Shown: positions 41,908-55,779, counted from the first letter of the whole stretch. The stretch is DNA of 63,950 nucleotides, filler included, from Conidiobolus incongruus B7586 (GCA_000697335.1; 10 parts of 10 records of this genome joined end to end with filler, not necessarily neighbours in it), one strand, 5' to 3'. The notes: generated by a model from the letters alone, not told the origin. A program made the numbers and translations.

Positions 41908-42194
41908 AAAATCAAGATAACCAATTAATTTTTACAAATTGTAAAATTTAATCAACTTTATTATTTTTACTTGGTATTTGTAAAAATTTATTCAACTTTC
42001 TTATTTTACCTTTGCATTTGTCAAAATTTATTCAAACAAATTCAACTACAAATTTTAAATTTTTTAAAATTGATGTACAAGTTATTTATTTTGACCCTTT
42101 AAATTAAAATATTAATTGAATTAATTCAGTTTACAATTACTGATACCTATAATATTCCGTTTTATACATTGTTAATGTTATAATATTCTTCGAT

Positions 42195-43617
42195 ATGTCA
42201 ACTTTTTTGGTAAGATAATTTTAAAGATAAATTCTATTAATTTATTTTAACTGATATTAATTAGGCCAGATCTCTGATCAAAGATGCTACACCTACTTCG
42301 GATTCCAAAAAATCCACTTTTCAAAAATCATCAATCAAAATGAGCAAATCTATTTCGAATCGCTCTTCTGAGTTAGAACTAACGCATTTATTCGAAAATA
42401 GACATCCCATTCGAGGATTCTTCACTCTATTTTGGGTGGCTATGACTTTCTATTATTCACAAACTATTATCAGAACTCTGAAAGCCACTGGACAGCCTAT
42501 TGGAACTGCTATAATTTGGCTTATTTCAGAGACTTCTGTAGAGTTAATAGTATCCGATATCATAATGGTATTGTTCGCTTCATTATGTTTTCCTATTCAA
42601 TATCTATTCGCCCATACATTTTTGGGAAAGTCCAAAATTATCAGAATTGGAATTCAAACAATTTACGAATTGAGCTTTATTGTCGCCTGCACTTGGTATT
42701 CTATTAATACGGATTGGTATGCTTCGAGTCGAGGTAGTTTTTATCTCCACTCTTTAGTCATGCTTATGAAATTGCATAGTTATAATGCCAAAAACCAGGA
42801 ATATCTCGTAAAGAGACAGACATACTTGAAATTGAAACCCATTAATAAGACTAAAGATTCACAAAAACAGCTTCATTCATTGCGAGCTAAATTTAGCACA
42901 AGTAACCTTTCTATGAGTTATCCAGCTAATGTGACTTTATTCAACTATTTGGATTATTTACTCGTCCCATCCCTTTGTTACAACATTGAATTCCCAAGAG
43001 GCCCCAAAATTCGATGGCTCTACGTATTAGAAAAACTGTTTGCAACTTTCGTTTTAGTTGGACTTCTCCTGATCTCTGTAGAGCATCACATCTATCCCAT
43101 TATGGAGCAGAGTAATTTATCAGTATTGGAAACTCTGTTTTATCTCTGTCCTCCAATTCTAGTAATTACAATGCTAATATTTTATATTATGTTCGAATGC
43201 GTATGCAATGGGTTTGCAGAATTGACACGATACAGCGATCGCAACTTTTACGAAGATTGGTGGAACAGTATAACATTTTATGAATTCAGCTATAAATGGA
43301 ACAGACCCGTCCATTTATTTTTAAAAAATTTTGTATATAAAGAATTGCTAAAGACTAGGAAATTCACCAAAGTATCCGCACTCACTCTCACATTCCTAAT
43401 ATCTTCCATTTTTCATGAATTAGCGATGGGAGTCATATTTAAAAAATTTATTTGTGTTTTTATTATTTTTCAAATGAGCCAAATTCCTATAACCTTATTG
43501 ATGTCTTTACCCATCTTTAAGAGTCGAGCTTGGTTAGCGAATGCCATATTTTGGTTTGGTTTAGGTTTTGGTATTCCGATGATATTTTTAATTTATTTTC
43601 ATGTTAATTTTATTTAA
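42195..43617 (+). CDS. ARE2: sterol O-acyltransferase (ACAT/ARE, MBOAT family), ~455 aa; exons 42195-42209 and 42265-43617
   Basis: Motifs FYEDWWN, KWNRPVHLFL and SSIFHE (catalytic His). An upstream ATG micro-exon MSTFL plus a GTAAG..TAG intron splices in frame 25 codons before the called ATG. Confidence 0.92.
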
Positions 43618-43903
43618 ATAAATTATTTATTATTAATCAAAAAATTGATTCAAATACTCGTTTTTCATTAATGTCCCAAATCGAATAAAGCTTAATTTTG
43701 ATGTTATATTATAAAATTACCCAATAAAGCTTAAGAAACTATTTCGTAACATCTAAGATAGATTTTATTAGTAGATAAATTTTGTATTGATATATTGAAA
43801 TAAAAAATTAGTGTATTGATTTAATATTGTTATCAATAAAATTGAAGTTATAAATATGTGTGATATTTGAGAATTATTGGTAAATTAAAATGTTTAATAA
43901 ATA

Positions 43904-43988
43904 TCAGACCAACCGGAATTGAACCAGTCACCTGGAGATTACAGCTCGTAACTAGAGTCTCCCGCTCTACCAATTGAGTTATAGTTGG
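43904..43988 (-). tRNA. tRNA-Tyr-type gene with 12-nt intron and CUA anticodon (amber suppressor type, or pseudogene)
   Basis: CCAACTA TA ACTC AATTGGTA GAGC G GGAGA CT CTA G [ttacgagctgta] A TCTCC AGGTG ACTGG TTCAATT CCGGT TGGTCTG A. Two acceptor-stem mismatches and one D-stem mismatch. Confidence 0.85.
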
Positions 43989-45000
43989 GTGGTAAAGATG
44001 TGACAATTGTAACCTGATTGATACCTTTTCTCACTTAAAATCATTACTAAGTCACTGATTAATAAATTAGGCCTTATCAACATTCTACCAGCCCAAGTCT
44101 AAGTGACCTCACTATTACTCAGTCAATGCATATTTATGCCAATATATTTCACTTATTTATAATAAGCACTTCCTTCTCTCTCCTTCTTTTACAAATAGGC
44201 CTCTTTTCCTACTTCAGACCCGCTCTCTTAGTATACTCTCGTAGCCGCCTATACTCCACTTGAGTCAGGTTCCATTATTCACTCTACACTCTTTTCTATT
44301 GCTATTTTGTGATTCCATTCCCTTAGCATGCCTGGTCTTCACACCGCCACTATTGCTACTGGTCTAACCGCTCTTTACAATGCCCCATTTACAAGTAATC
44401 ATCGCCAGATAGCCAGAGAACTAATCATCGGTAGTCTACCCCAGTTGGTAGTCGCCATGCTTCACAACCTGGCCTACACAATGGCTGTGTTGGTGTCCTC
44501 GATGACATTCCAAGAATTAGTAACCACGATAAGAAATAAATTTTGTAAATTTAATAATATAAATTGATTATCTTTTTCATTTTTTGCAATTTCATTTAAT
44601 ATCAACCAAGTTTTTATTTCTTTATTTCAACAACTTTTGATTAACGCACCTATCTTCCATCACTTGATCTAGATTGTTAAAATTTCAATTTCTATACTTT
44701 TCCTTCCATCTTCACCTCTAATCAATTTTATTATAATCGCCTTTTTAATATCAACTACATTCAATTTTTCAAAGCTGATAAATCAATATATATTTTATTT
44801 GCACTAGCTGATTTCATATTGTTACCAATATAGTTTGGCCAGGAAATTGCTAAAATGAATTTATTTTACCTTTACATATTTGATAAAAAATACATTTAAT
44901 ATAATTTTTTATATGAAATTCAAAATATTAATATTGTGTATTAATATAAGTATTAATTCGATCAATTATTTGAATGATCCAAATGTGTATATTATGTGAT

Positions 45001-48000
45001 TTATAGAGATAGTATAATTGATGCGGCAGAATGATCAGGGAATTGACTAGGATCTTCGGATGATTTAGGATTTTCTTCCTTGAGTGTTTGCGCTTCTTGG
45101 GGTTGATTTACTTCTTTGGAGGGAGGTTGCTCAGATTTGGGTTCTGAAGAATTGGGCCCACTCTCTTGAGTTGGTACTTTAACGTCAGCTTCATTCACTT
45201 CTGCAGCTAGTTTTTCATTTGGCTCGTGAGCCTTATTCGTTGCACCAGTTTCTACACTAGATTGTTCTTGATTATGGATATTTTCACTACTAACGGTAGG
45301 GATTTTGAGCATATTCTGAGGAGAAGTAGATAATGACCTGATTGGGAAAATTTGCTCCATCAATTGAGGGAAATTCTCCTTGATCAAGATATATGTGGTA
45401 ATGGTAAGCTGGGATATAGGATCTTGAGATTCAAGATATTTAGCTTGATAGTTGGGGGAGTTGATTCCTTCTAGCGCAGGATCGGAGGCCAAAAGTAAGA
45501 GATGAGTTGCCTGCATGACCAATATGAGATTTTTTAATATTTCGAAAATTGTTTCGAAGTATTGATCATCCTGGCGTGGATGCTTCATCAATCTCAAGAG
45601 CCTAGGTAAGAGCTCAGTCCAAATAGCTTTGACATGTGTAAACGAATCAAGCGACTCTTGTGGGTCAAATGAAGAATTGATTGGAGAAACCAAATTCAAA
45701 TAAACCAAGTATACTTGTGAGAGCATTGATGAAACTCTAGTACGACCTTCTTCAAGTTCAATCATGTCCATTTGTGGTTGCTGATGCTGTTGACTAGAAC
45801 GCTTGCCACTGCTGTGATTATTAGAAATTGTTTGATCTATCAGTGGGAACATAACTTTGGTAAAAATTTTACTCCAATCAGAAAATGTGGAGTGATTGGT
45901 TAGATATGAAGAAGTTAATGCATACTTGAGTTGACTCAAAGCAGCACCTCTAATTTCCTTTCTTAAATGGTTGCTGAGATTGCTCAATCCAATCATTGGT
46001 GGAAGGTAATAGCCACTCAATTGACGATCTTGAGCAACATGAGGTATTTGCTCAAGTAATTTACCAATTAACCTGAGCGATAGGGAGCTTCTCTGAATAA
46101 CTAACTGTAGAGGATCATCACTTGATCTGATGAACTGATCAGGATTACTATACTCGATTAAAAGATTCACAAGCAGTAAATAATCGCCATGAGATACTTG
46201 AACTCGATTGATAGATCCAATGAGCTGTTGAACAAGATTGAAAGTTTTATGAACAGTTTGTGGGTTAGGTGACGAGAAAGTATTATGAGCAACATGAAGG
46301 CAAGTAGCCCAACAGTTAGAATCAAACAAAAAGTTAGAATATGTAGCAATTAAAAGCTTGAATGCGGGAACCAGTTGTTCAGAAGAGGAAATGATTGAAT
46401 TGGGTGAAGTCTTGCCCAAAAGTTGGACAGCCTTATTTAAACTAAGCTGTGACAAATTCGACTGAGCAGCTTTGGGAGTTAGATGAAAAATAATATTCAC
46501 CAATTCAACTAAAACTCTTTGAATAACATATGGATGATATACTTCAGCTTGGTAGATAACATCGGCAAAGAATGTTAAAACAATAGGCCAAAATCGATCA
46601 GAGTTATGATATTCAAGAGCGATGTTGACTAACCAACGAATGAAGAAAATGCTCGAAGGATAATACTTTATAGGACTCGAGTCTGAGGTGTTATTGGTCT
46701 GAAGAAGAGGCTCATTGCTGGAATCAGTGGCTTGTTCTGCTGATTCAGACTGAGGTACATTTGGCCTGGAAGAATTATCATTGATATTGGAATCAATTTG
46801 TGGCAATCTGGTCATGATCATAAACTTTTTGAGTAAAGCTTCAAACTTTTGCTGATTCAAGTTTTGAATATTAGTCATAAGTTCTTTAAATTTACAAGGT
46901 TCTATAATCTTTTTGGTGGAGTCATGATATGCGAACAATAAATTTACTGGTAACTCCCAAATAATATCTGGATGAGTGGACGAGTATCCCAAATAAGAGG
47001 ATAAAGCCGAAAATATTCCTGAATTCGAACCTTCAGTAGATATCGAAGGCTGTTGCATGTGAACATAACCGGGCTCTCCAGAATTCTTCCAGTTTGAAGA
47101 ATGTAAAGTTACATCTGGTGCAGCGAATGGAATAAATATAGAAGTTTTTTTAGCTTGAGAAGTGGTAGAATTAGGATCTTCATGGAAACCATATTCATCA
47201 ATAGAGAGCAACTCTGTAGGTAGCAAAAAAGAATCAACAAAGAGTTTCAATAAATCCAACAAATCCCACCATCCTGAATCCAAGTTTGCAATATAATCCC
47301 CTGAAAGATTAAATAAAAATACAGTGGCCAGTTGTGCCTTATAAGATTGACCTAAATTCACAGCAAGATCGGATAAAACGATATTGTCAACCATTTGAGT
47401 GCGATTGACTATGGAAGATGACTGTGCTGAGAATCCAGCATCAATATCTTCATTGTCTGAGAATAGCCTAGCCATTAAACTTGAAACTACTTTCACTAAA
47501 TTGTCCAATGCTTGAGAGTTACTGAATTCATTAGCAAGGTGTCCAACAAGGTAAAGTCCCATCAGGCAGCTTTGAATCAATGAATCGTTTAGGCTGCTCT
47601 TATACACTATATATCGAAATGATAAGTATAATTAATCGTATAGTTATTGAGCTGTAGTTACCTTGAATTAACAAATCGGTAATAATACCATAAACTACCA
47701 TGAAAACTTGTTCATCAAATTGTCCAGGATGCAGCTTGAAATAAAGTCCCGAAGATTTAGCATTTTGAAGGGAAGTTGTCCAGATAAAGTCTAATGACTT
47801 TTGGCCCTCATGCTCTTCTGGCATCACAATTTCATTATCTCGAATGCCTTCAAAGATAGCTCTCAAATAATCATCTGAAAAGTTTTTACCATCGTTTACT
47901 CCTCTTAAATTATTGCGATAACTATTGAAATCCATCTTATTTCTCACTTGAGGATTGTGCAAATCTGTATTCAACATCACAACGGAAAAGGAGAGAACAT

Positions 48001-50510
48001 ATACAGCATCTCTATGGTTGATTTCTTCCGGTCCACTATCATAGTAGAAAGTCGAAAAGGTATCCATGATTCTGTCGATTTGTTGAGATTCTCCAGGCAA
48101 GCGGAAAGTTGTTAAGAAGTCTCTGATAGCTTCATCTATACGCTTGTTTTTAAAGTCAAACAAGCTTAAAAATGACTCAAGCAATTGAGTATTTTGTGAC
48201 TTGGATAGGTACTCTCCTAATTTTTTCTTGTCTAATCCAGGTGTATTTTTAATAAACTTAGCAAGCTCAAGATTGAAATTTGAGCTATCCTTAGGAGGCA
48301 AAAATTCATGCTGAACGAGAAAATCTATTCCATTAGCAGGTTTAGCATTAAATTGTTCCACTGCTTGAACTAAAATATGCTTTTTGGCTTTGTTGGATAG
48401 AATCTGCTCTGGAGTTTGAGTAGAATACAAAAAGTCAGGATTTGGTGCAACATCAGTTTGATAAAGTTGAGGAGGAATACGATTCAAATATGAGTTGATT
48501 CCAGTTAGACGGGTCAGTAAAGCGTTTTGAGGCTAAAAAGTATTAATAATAGTAAAATGGGAAAATTTCAAATCTATACCTTATAATGTGATCTTAGCAG
48601 CATAGAAGCAAGAAGTTTAAGAATTTGCTCAAGCCAAATGTTCGATATCTGCGATGGAAATTCCGATGTAGTGTATTTAATACAATTATCCACAATGAAA
48701 TTAATGAGCTTTTCCAAGATATTTTGGTGATAAATATCTGAATCATAATTGATGAAAAGCTCGTTGAAAAAAGTAGGAGAAGATTGGAACAGGTTAAATA
48801 GGAAATTCACGAAGAGATATTGAATTTGATCCTGTTTAAGCTTACCAATATTTCCAAATTGATAGGATGGTGAACTTATTTGAATAGCTTGGTTGATCAA
48901 CAACTGGAGCTGGGCTTTCATATAAGGCAAACCAAGTGATAACAACAGTGTACTAAGGTCCAAGGATTGGGTGACAATATTCAAATGCTCACCAAACTGT
49001 AACATCCATAAGTTTTTCATTAATTGATCACATATAAGTGGTCTTAAAGATTCTTCACGCATTATTAAATACCCATCTTTGATAAAAATTGAATGCAACA
49101 AAGAAATGCCAATTAATCTCATATAATCTGTATGGGACAAGCTATGGGGGTCTAAGAGTGAAATCAACGTCTTGAAGATTTCTTCTAAAACTTCAACAAA
49201 GGTAGGAGCAGTATGAGCATCAGAAAGAGAGTTCGATCTAGAAATTGATGGTCTAGTTGAAGAATCTGCTCCCACAATTAATGTATCACTTGCTGCCAAG
49301 GCCTCTATAGCAGGGTTAAAATGACGAAGAGGATTACTAATTAACTTCGAAGTAACGCAAAGAATAATAGATTGAATGGCTTGTTCAGCATGATGCCTGA
49401 ATACCATCGACATTTTAATCTGATGACATAAAGAGAGAGCAGATTCAATAATAGCATGAATGTGAGTTGTAGCGAGTCTATCGAAAATCAAATCAGAATG
49501 AACCATTGTATCCATGGCTTTCAAAATTTTCATTAATACGATTTCATCTTGACTAGGGTCACTTGATTCAAATTTGCAATTAGTAACAGCAACTGAAAGC
49601 TCTCTAATGGATGTGATCAAATTGTTGGAATGTTCAGCTAAAACACCATTAATTGAATGATTCAAGTGTAGTATTTATGGATCGCTTACCTATTACTCTA
49701 TTTGCAAGAATATAATGAACAGCAGTGAGAGCGGCACCAGTTACGGACCCACTAGTTTCGGCTGACTGAATGATATGTACAAATGGGCTTAAAACCGTCA
49801 GGGAATCAAGATCTCCCCTCTCTATTCAACATCAAGATATTCTTTATTAGTGGAATTTGAATAACTAAAAAACTAAATTACATACCAGGCACTCTCTCAA
49901 TATATTTTCTTAATTCTATCATTTCGACAAGAACACCAGGAGGTTTCTAAACACATATTTAATAAATGGTTTGGTTCTAGTGACCTTGATTAAATAAGGG
50001 ATTCATCATTACCTTAAAAGTATTACTTCTTTCAATTTGATCCCAATCATCAAATTCAAAAACTTGAGTATTGATCAGTTTCCCCAATTTACCAAGTTGA
50101 ACGCGAGGAGTATTTGATGAAGCTGTTGAAAGGGTAGTCAACTCCTTTTTAGCATCGCCCTCGGTACTGGAAGTGGATTTCAGATTATTATTTTTGGATT
50201 CTTCTACAGTTTCCTTGTTTAAATTTGGGATCAGAGGATTATTGTTTCTAAAGTCATTAATAGTAGAATTACAATCCAACAAAATGGCCGATATTGGTAC
50301 ATTATGAGGCTTATATTTAGAATTGGATAAAATTTGCAATATAATACTATTAATTTGTTGTTTTAAAAATATTCTCCATTCGTCACAAGATACAGTAGTA
50401 ATTTCGTTCACATCGGCCAAAATAGATTCCAAGTTGTTATTCTTAATATCGGTAGTATTTAAATCCACAGTATTTCTGGAATGGTCATTATAAAAATTCG
50501 ATTCCGACAT
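45001..50510 (-). CDS. GBF1: GBF1/Gea1-2 type Sec7-domain ARF guanine-nucleotide exchange factor, ~1741 aa; exons 50510-50013, 49946-49886, 49821-49690, 49637-48580, 48532-47662, 47606-45001
   Basis: DCB motifs LSPFVHIIQSAETSGSVTGAAL and CKFESSDPSQDEIVLMKIL, HUS box LFINYDSD, Sec7 motifs FRLPGESQQIDRI and VMLNTDLHNPQV. Five GT-AG introns keep the frame. Confidence 0.95.
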
Positions 50511-52827
50511 ATTCTAAAAATTGATGGATTATTTTTTAAGATTATGATATATCAAAAGTTATATATTTTATAATATAGAATAATTAATTGAATATATTAA
50601 AGATGATTTTCAGATAGAATAATTAAGTTGTAGGGTTTAAAATTAGAGATATTTTATTTATATATTATTATGTGGATAAGATTTAGGTAATCAATCACAT
50701 TCAATATTCTGAAGATCCAATTCACCACTCAATGGATTTTGATTGGTTGACTAGGAATATTGTGATTAGTTAATTTGGACTGCCATTTTCCAACACGATC
50801 GATTCAAAGTTAATTTACATATTCCATGTAATGATTAATTGTAAGATAATGGTCCTCACAGAACTCAAAATCCTATTATTATTAAACAAATATACACATG
50901 TTAAAATAATATTGGATTTATAATATATTTTACACTAAAGATAATATATCTTCTAATGCGGATATCAATGGCATTTATATTAAATAAAGTTTGCATTTCA
51001 TTAATCAACAATATATATATATTTACAAGTTATTACCTTATTGATTTTAATTTTAAATATGATTTTTTGAGGAAATTATATTTTTGATATTAACTTGATT
51101 AACCGCAATATAATATAAAAACGACGACTATTTGCAAGTTCAAATGTGTATTAATTAATATTAGCTCAAGTAAACATAAATTAAAGCTATATATTGATAT
51201 GATTTGACATATTATTAATATTATCTAATTACTAGTTCCGATAACCCCATCTATACAATAATACAATAATTTTATAATTCATGTAAATTTTTAAAATTAT
51301 TTAACTATTTTAATATTAAAATAATCAAAGGATCTTGTATTCTACTTAATAATTTTTAATTTTTAATTTTGTATATATACTTTTTATTATAAAAATTATA
51401 ACACAATTAACAATTCAATTTAGGGTAAAGAGCTCAAATTATAAAATAGTAAAGATGACCTTATAATTGAATATATGACGAGAGTTATTATATTAAATAC
51501 AAAATTTTTTAAATTTCTAAGTAACATAATTTAACCATACACACAAAATTTTCTCATTATCAATCTTAAATAATGTTATGTTTTCAATACTAAAAAGCTG
51601 ATGTGGCAATTAATGTATATTCTTAATAATTGAAGAACTATTAAATATAATATAATAAAGTTTTTATCAAATCCAATCAATGAATATATTTAAAATTTTT
51701 ACTATTTGTATTGATTTAGTATATAACTATTATTCATTTTATTATATAATACTTCCAAGTTTACAAATTTTAATCCAATTTGATCTATGTTTAAAATAAA
51801 TTTTTTAATTTTTTTATCTTCAAAAGAAAATAATGGTATTATGAAAAACATTATTGCTATGAGATATAATTTTATCGTAATATATTTTTACTGGGAAATG
51901 TTTCATTTGATATCAAAATATATTTTTCATCATAAATTCAATAGATTAAGTTTGAGTCAAAAAATAATTGATGTAATAAATTCTCAAATTAATTGATATT
52001 TCTATCTAATACCATAATTCGAATAATTTGAATTATTACTATATATTATGAAAATCCAAGTGACCAAAATAAAAATCAACAAAATAAAGAAAAATGAGTG
52101 ATAATTTGCATTTATTAGATTTTACAGCTGAAGTCGGTCATTTGATTACAATACGTNNNNNNNNNNNNNNNNNNNNNNNNNNNNNNNNNNNNNNNNNNNN
52201 TTAATTAATTAANNNNNNNNNNNNNNNNNNNNNNNNNNNNNNNNNNNNNNNNNNNNATTTTTTATAACTAAATAATAAACCTTATATAAGCAATATATAT
52301 AATTATATAATACTCAAAATAATAATGATATATTAGAAAATATATTAATAATATGCAATAAAAACAAATTGGTAATTAGTAATAAATAATTTTATTATTT
52401 CAATTATAAATATTATAATCTATCTATAAATATATTTATTAAACCCTATAAAATCTGAAAATATTATTATAATTCATATATTAGATAATGATAGAAATAA
52501 TATTTACTAAATCAAAACATTTATTTTGAGTTTAATAATATAAAAGATTAATAATTGAACATAGCACTTAAATAATATTATTTGCTTATCAAAAATGTTT
52601 TTGAAGATATAATCAAAATTGACTATATAATAAAAAACAACGAAAAAAAAGAGATTAATGAACAAAATAATACAACAAAGAAATCAATTGGGGAATTTAT
52701 TTAAAAGCAATAAATTGAGGAAGTGAGACAAGCTATAAAAAATTAAAAGAATTTATAAAGATAAATCTATATGTGAAGCATTAAGGTTTATATAAGCACC
52801 AAGTTTTAAAATTCTTTGATATTACGG

Positions 52828-53757
52828 TTAATCTTCTAAGGTGCAATTATTAGGTTCCATTGTCACCATACCCAACCCCTTTAGTGTTTGGTTTTGGTAT
52901 GTGATTCCAGGATTGTAATCATCTAGCTTCCCAGTTGTTATTTTGTATCGGTCATTAAATGCAGCAATTTCATCAAGACTACACCTCCTTGCCATGCATT
53001 TGCAATTTGATGAAGATCCACACCATCCTGGTGTCTTCATCTTGTTGTAAAAAGCACATATACCAGCTCCAGTGGATTCTTTTATTCTCGTTGCACATAC
53101 TATCATGTTACAAACATTTGTGAAACAGAAACTATATGCAATGTTTAGCTGCTCAGGTGTTAGATAGCCAATAGCATTGAGATCAAATGATGTTGATGCT
53201 CTTACAGCAAACGCCTGACTCAGATCACAACCTAATACATCAGAAGGTGAGGTATCAATTTCAACAATAGTGCTGTCTTCTGTGGGAGTAAGATCGCTAG
53301 TAATTGTGGCAAGTTCATTGGTGACATCTAGCTTGCTTGATTGTGTTTCATCCTTCTTTACAACAGTTGTGTTTTCATTTCCATTTCCATCATTAGTAAT
53401 AATAGAGGAAACATCATTGAAAAATTTGCATGAATTTGTTTCACCAAAGACACCGTTCTTGTTGCAAGCTCTTCTGCCTAAGTAATCTAATCCTTCTAAT
53501 GCATCTTGGGCTTTCTTTGGATATTTTCTAAAAACTTTTCCAATTTTACTGCCACCAGGTATAATTGCAATAATATCTGATACTGAGAAACTATCACAGT
53601 TTTGTCCACCACTTAGATGACAATAGCCTTTTGAAATAGTTACTCCAACACTGCAAAAAGAGTCGAAAGGTGTAGGAACTTTGTCACAATCAACACCTGT
53701 ACCTCTATAAGCTGTGCAAAGCTTGAGCGTGAATAATATGGAAAAGATATAAATCAT
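52828..53757 (-). CDS. secreted cysteine-rich protein of unknown function, 309 aa, intronless
   Basis: Signal-peptide-like N-terminus MIYIFSILFTLKLCTA and 17 Cys. Two Cys-rich blocks are separated by a Thr/Ser/acidic linker. TATAAA lies ~50 bp upstream. Confidence 0.85.
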   Translation of the reverse strand: MIYIFSILFTLKLCTAYRGTGVDCDKVPTPFDSFCSVGVTISKGYCHLSGGQNCDSFSVSDIIAIIPGGSKIGKVFRKYPKKAQDALEGLDYLGRRACNKNGVFGETNSCKFFNDVSSIITNDGNGNENTTVVKKDETQSSKLDVTNELATITSDLTPTEDSTIVEIDTSPSDVLGCDLSQAFAVRASTSFDLNAIGYLTPEQLNIAYSFCFTNVCNMIVCATRIKESTGAGICAFYNKMKTPGWCGSSSNCKCMARRCSLDEIAAFNDRYKITTGKLDDYNPGITYQNQTLKGLGMVTMEPNNCTLED

Positions 53758-55779
53758 TTTTGAAATATTAATTGATTATAAGCCTGATATATAAAAATTT
53801 GGAATTATTTATATTTAAAATTTTCCTGCGCATAATACAGTGTGGTGAATTATGTTAGAAATGTGGCGCATTATGTTATGAAACGTGGCGTATTATATCG
53901 CAGATCGGGAGGTCCACTCGCCATTCAACTTTTACTGTCTATCATGATTCCGAATGTAATCCACTCACAAATACCAGTCGCAATACTTGTACAATGGCAA
54001 ATTCTAGATTATATTCCTGATTAATTTAAACTAAATTATATAATTAATTTGATATTTTTCATGTTTATTTTGATCAATAACAGGGTCTATTCTGAGATTT
54101 TGAAGATAATTATAAAAAAATTTTCACATGTTAAAAATAAGATTTAATTTTTGATTTATGAAATGTAAGGTTAATTATTAAAATAAAAGTTGATTCTAAG
54201 ATAGTATATTTAAATTTAAAATATAAATAAATAAACTGAATATTATTATTATATTATTTTGTAAAAAAATTTATTAAAGTAAATATAATTATTAATAAAA
54301 ATAGAATTATTAATTTTTATAAACAAATATAATATTTTCTAATAATATAAATTAAATCATGAAATTATATTGGATATAATTATTTCAAAATAATTTTTAT
54401 AAAAAATTGTACTAAAAAATGAATATATAATATCCTAAATTATAAAAACTTTAACATAATAGCGATAATTAATAATTTCACAAATCAATAAAAATCAATA
54501 TAATATTATAAGCATTAGTTTTTTAAATATCTAAAATCAAATATAATTTATTGATAAACATGATCAAGGACAAATAAAAAGATTAATTAATTATCTGTTA
54601 ATATTATTATATTAAGTATTTACATATAAATTAAAATAATAATATATTGTTAAATTGATTTTATTAGCTTAGGTTAATAATATTTTATTTCAATTACTTG
54701 AATATTTCTGTTATTTAATATATTGAATCAATAAACTAAAATAATTAATAAAAGTATATTAAGTTTTAAGGATATCAAAAATTGAAGAATAATTATTATA
54801 TAATTTAATAATATTGCGGATTTTAAACTCGATGATAAGTTTTAAGGAATTTTCCAATAGTTTACATAGTTTTGTATTAATAAAAAATTTCAAATGATTA
54901 CTTAATATTATTTTAAAATAATTTCATATATTCTGACCCTTTTTAATAACAAAGTTAAATTTAATAATTATTATATCTTTATAAATATAATTAAATAAAA
55001 ATATAAATAATAATATTAAATTATATATCAATATATGAAATTTATTTTATCATAAAATATTTAATAAAAAATGTAAGTTGAAACAATTTCAATTTATTTA
55101 AATAATATTATTTATACATTACTAAAAAATTTGAATAATATAGTATTTTATCAATAATTAAAGATTAAATTTAACTTTATAGTAAAAATATTAAATATTT
55201 TGAAATTTTTTAACATTAACAGGTATTTTTGATGTTTTAATACCATATTTTAGTTATATCAATTTATTTTTTATAAACAAAGTAATATTCGTTTTACTAT
55301 AATATAGATCAAGTAGAATTTAAATTATTCTTTTTATTTGATATCTTATATAATAACTAAAAGTTAAAATATAAGTATAAACTTAATTATTTTAATTAAC
55401 GATTAATTACAAAAAAAATAAAAATAATTATAAATATTTTAAAGTTTTTTATAAATATTTTCATTCAGATCCATAAAATATATAAAAAGTGAAAATAGAG
55501 AATAATTTAAACAAATGTCTTTTTTCAAAGAATCTGCTATCTGGTAATAAATTTTATAAAATATGAATAAATTATTTAATAAAATATAATTTTAAAAAAT
55601 TATATTGCATATTTTTATTATATTTTAGATAAATTTATATATTATTAGCGTTATTTATATTTCTTTAAATCCTTTATGANNNNNNNNNNNNNNNNNNNNN
55701 NNNNNNNNNNNNNNNNNNNNNNNTTAATTAATTAANNNNNNNNNNNNNNNNNNNNNNNNNNNNNNNNNNNNNNNNNNNN

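Noticed and set aside
44328..44567. 79-aa ORF
   Set aside because: No recognisable domain, and it straddles an LTR-like block. Insufficient support as a gene.
45001..50510. Four separate ORFs suggesting an operon-like cluster
   Set aside because: They are exons of one GBF1/Gea gene joined by canonical introns.
1698..53485. ORFs overlapping real genes (1698+, 8547-, 21640+, 30313-, 42432+, 46167-, 53270+)
   Set aside because: Antisense or alternate-frame shadows of well-supported CDSs.
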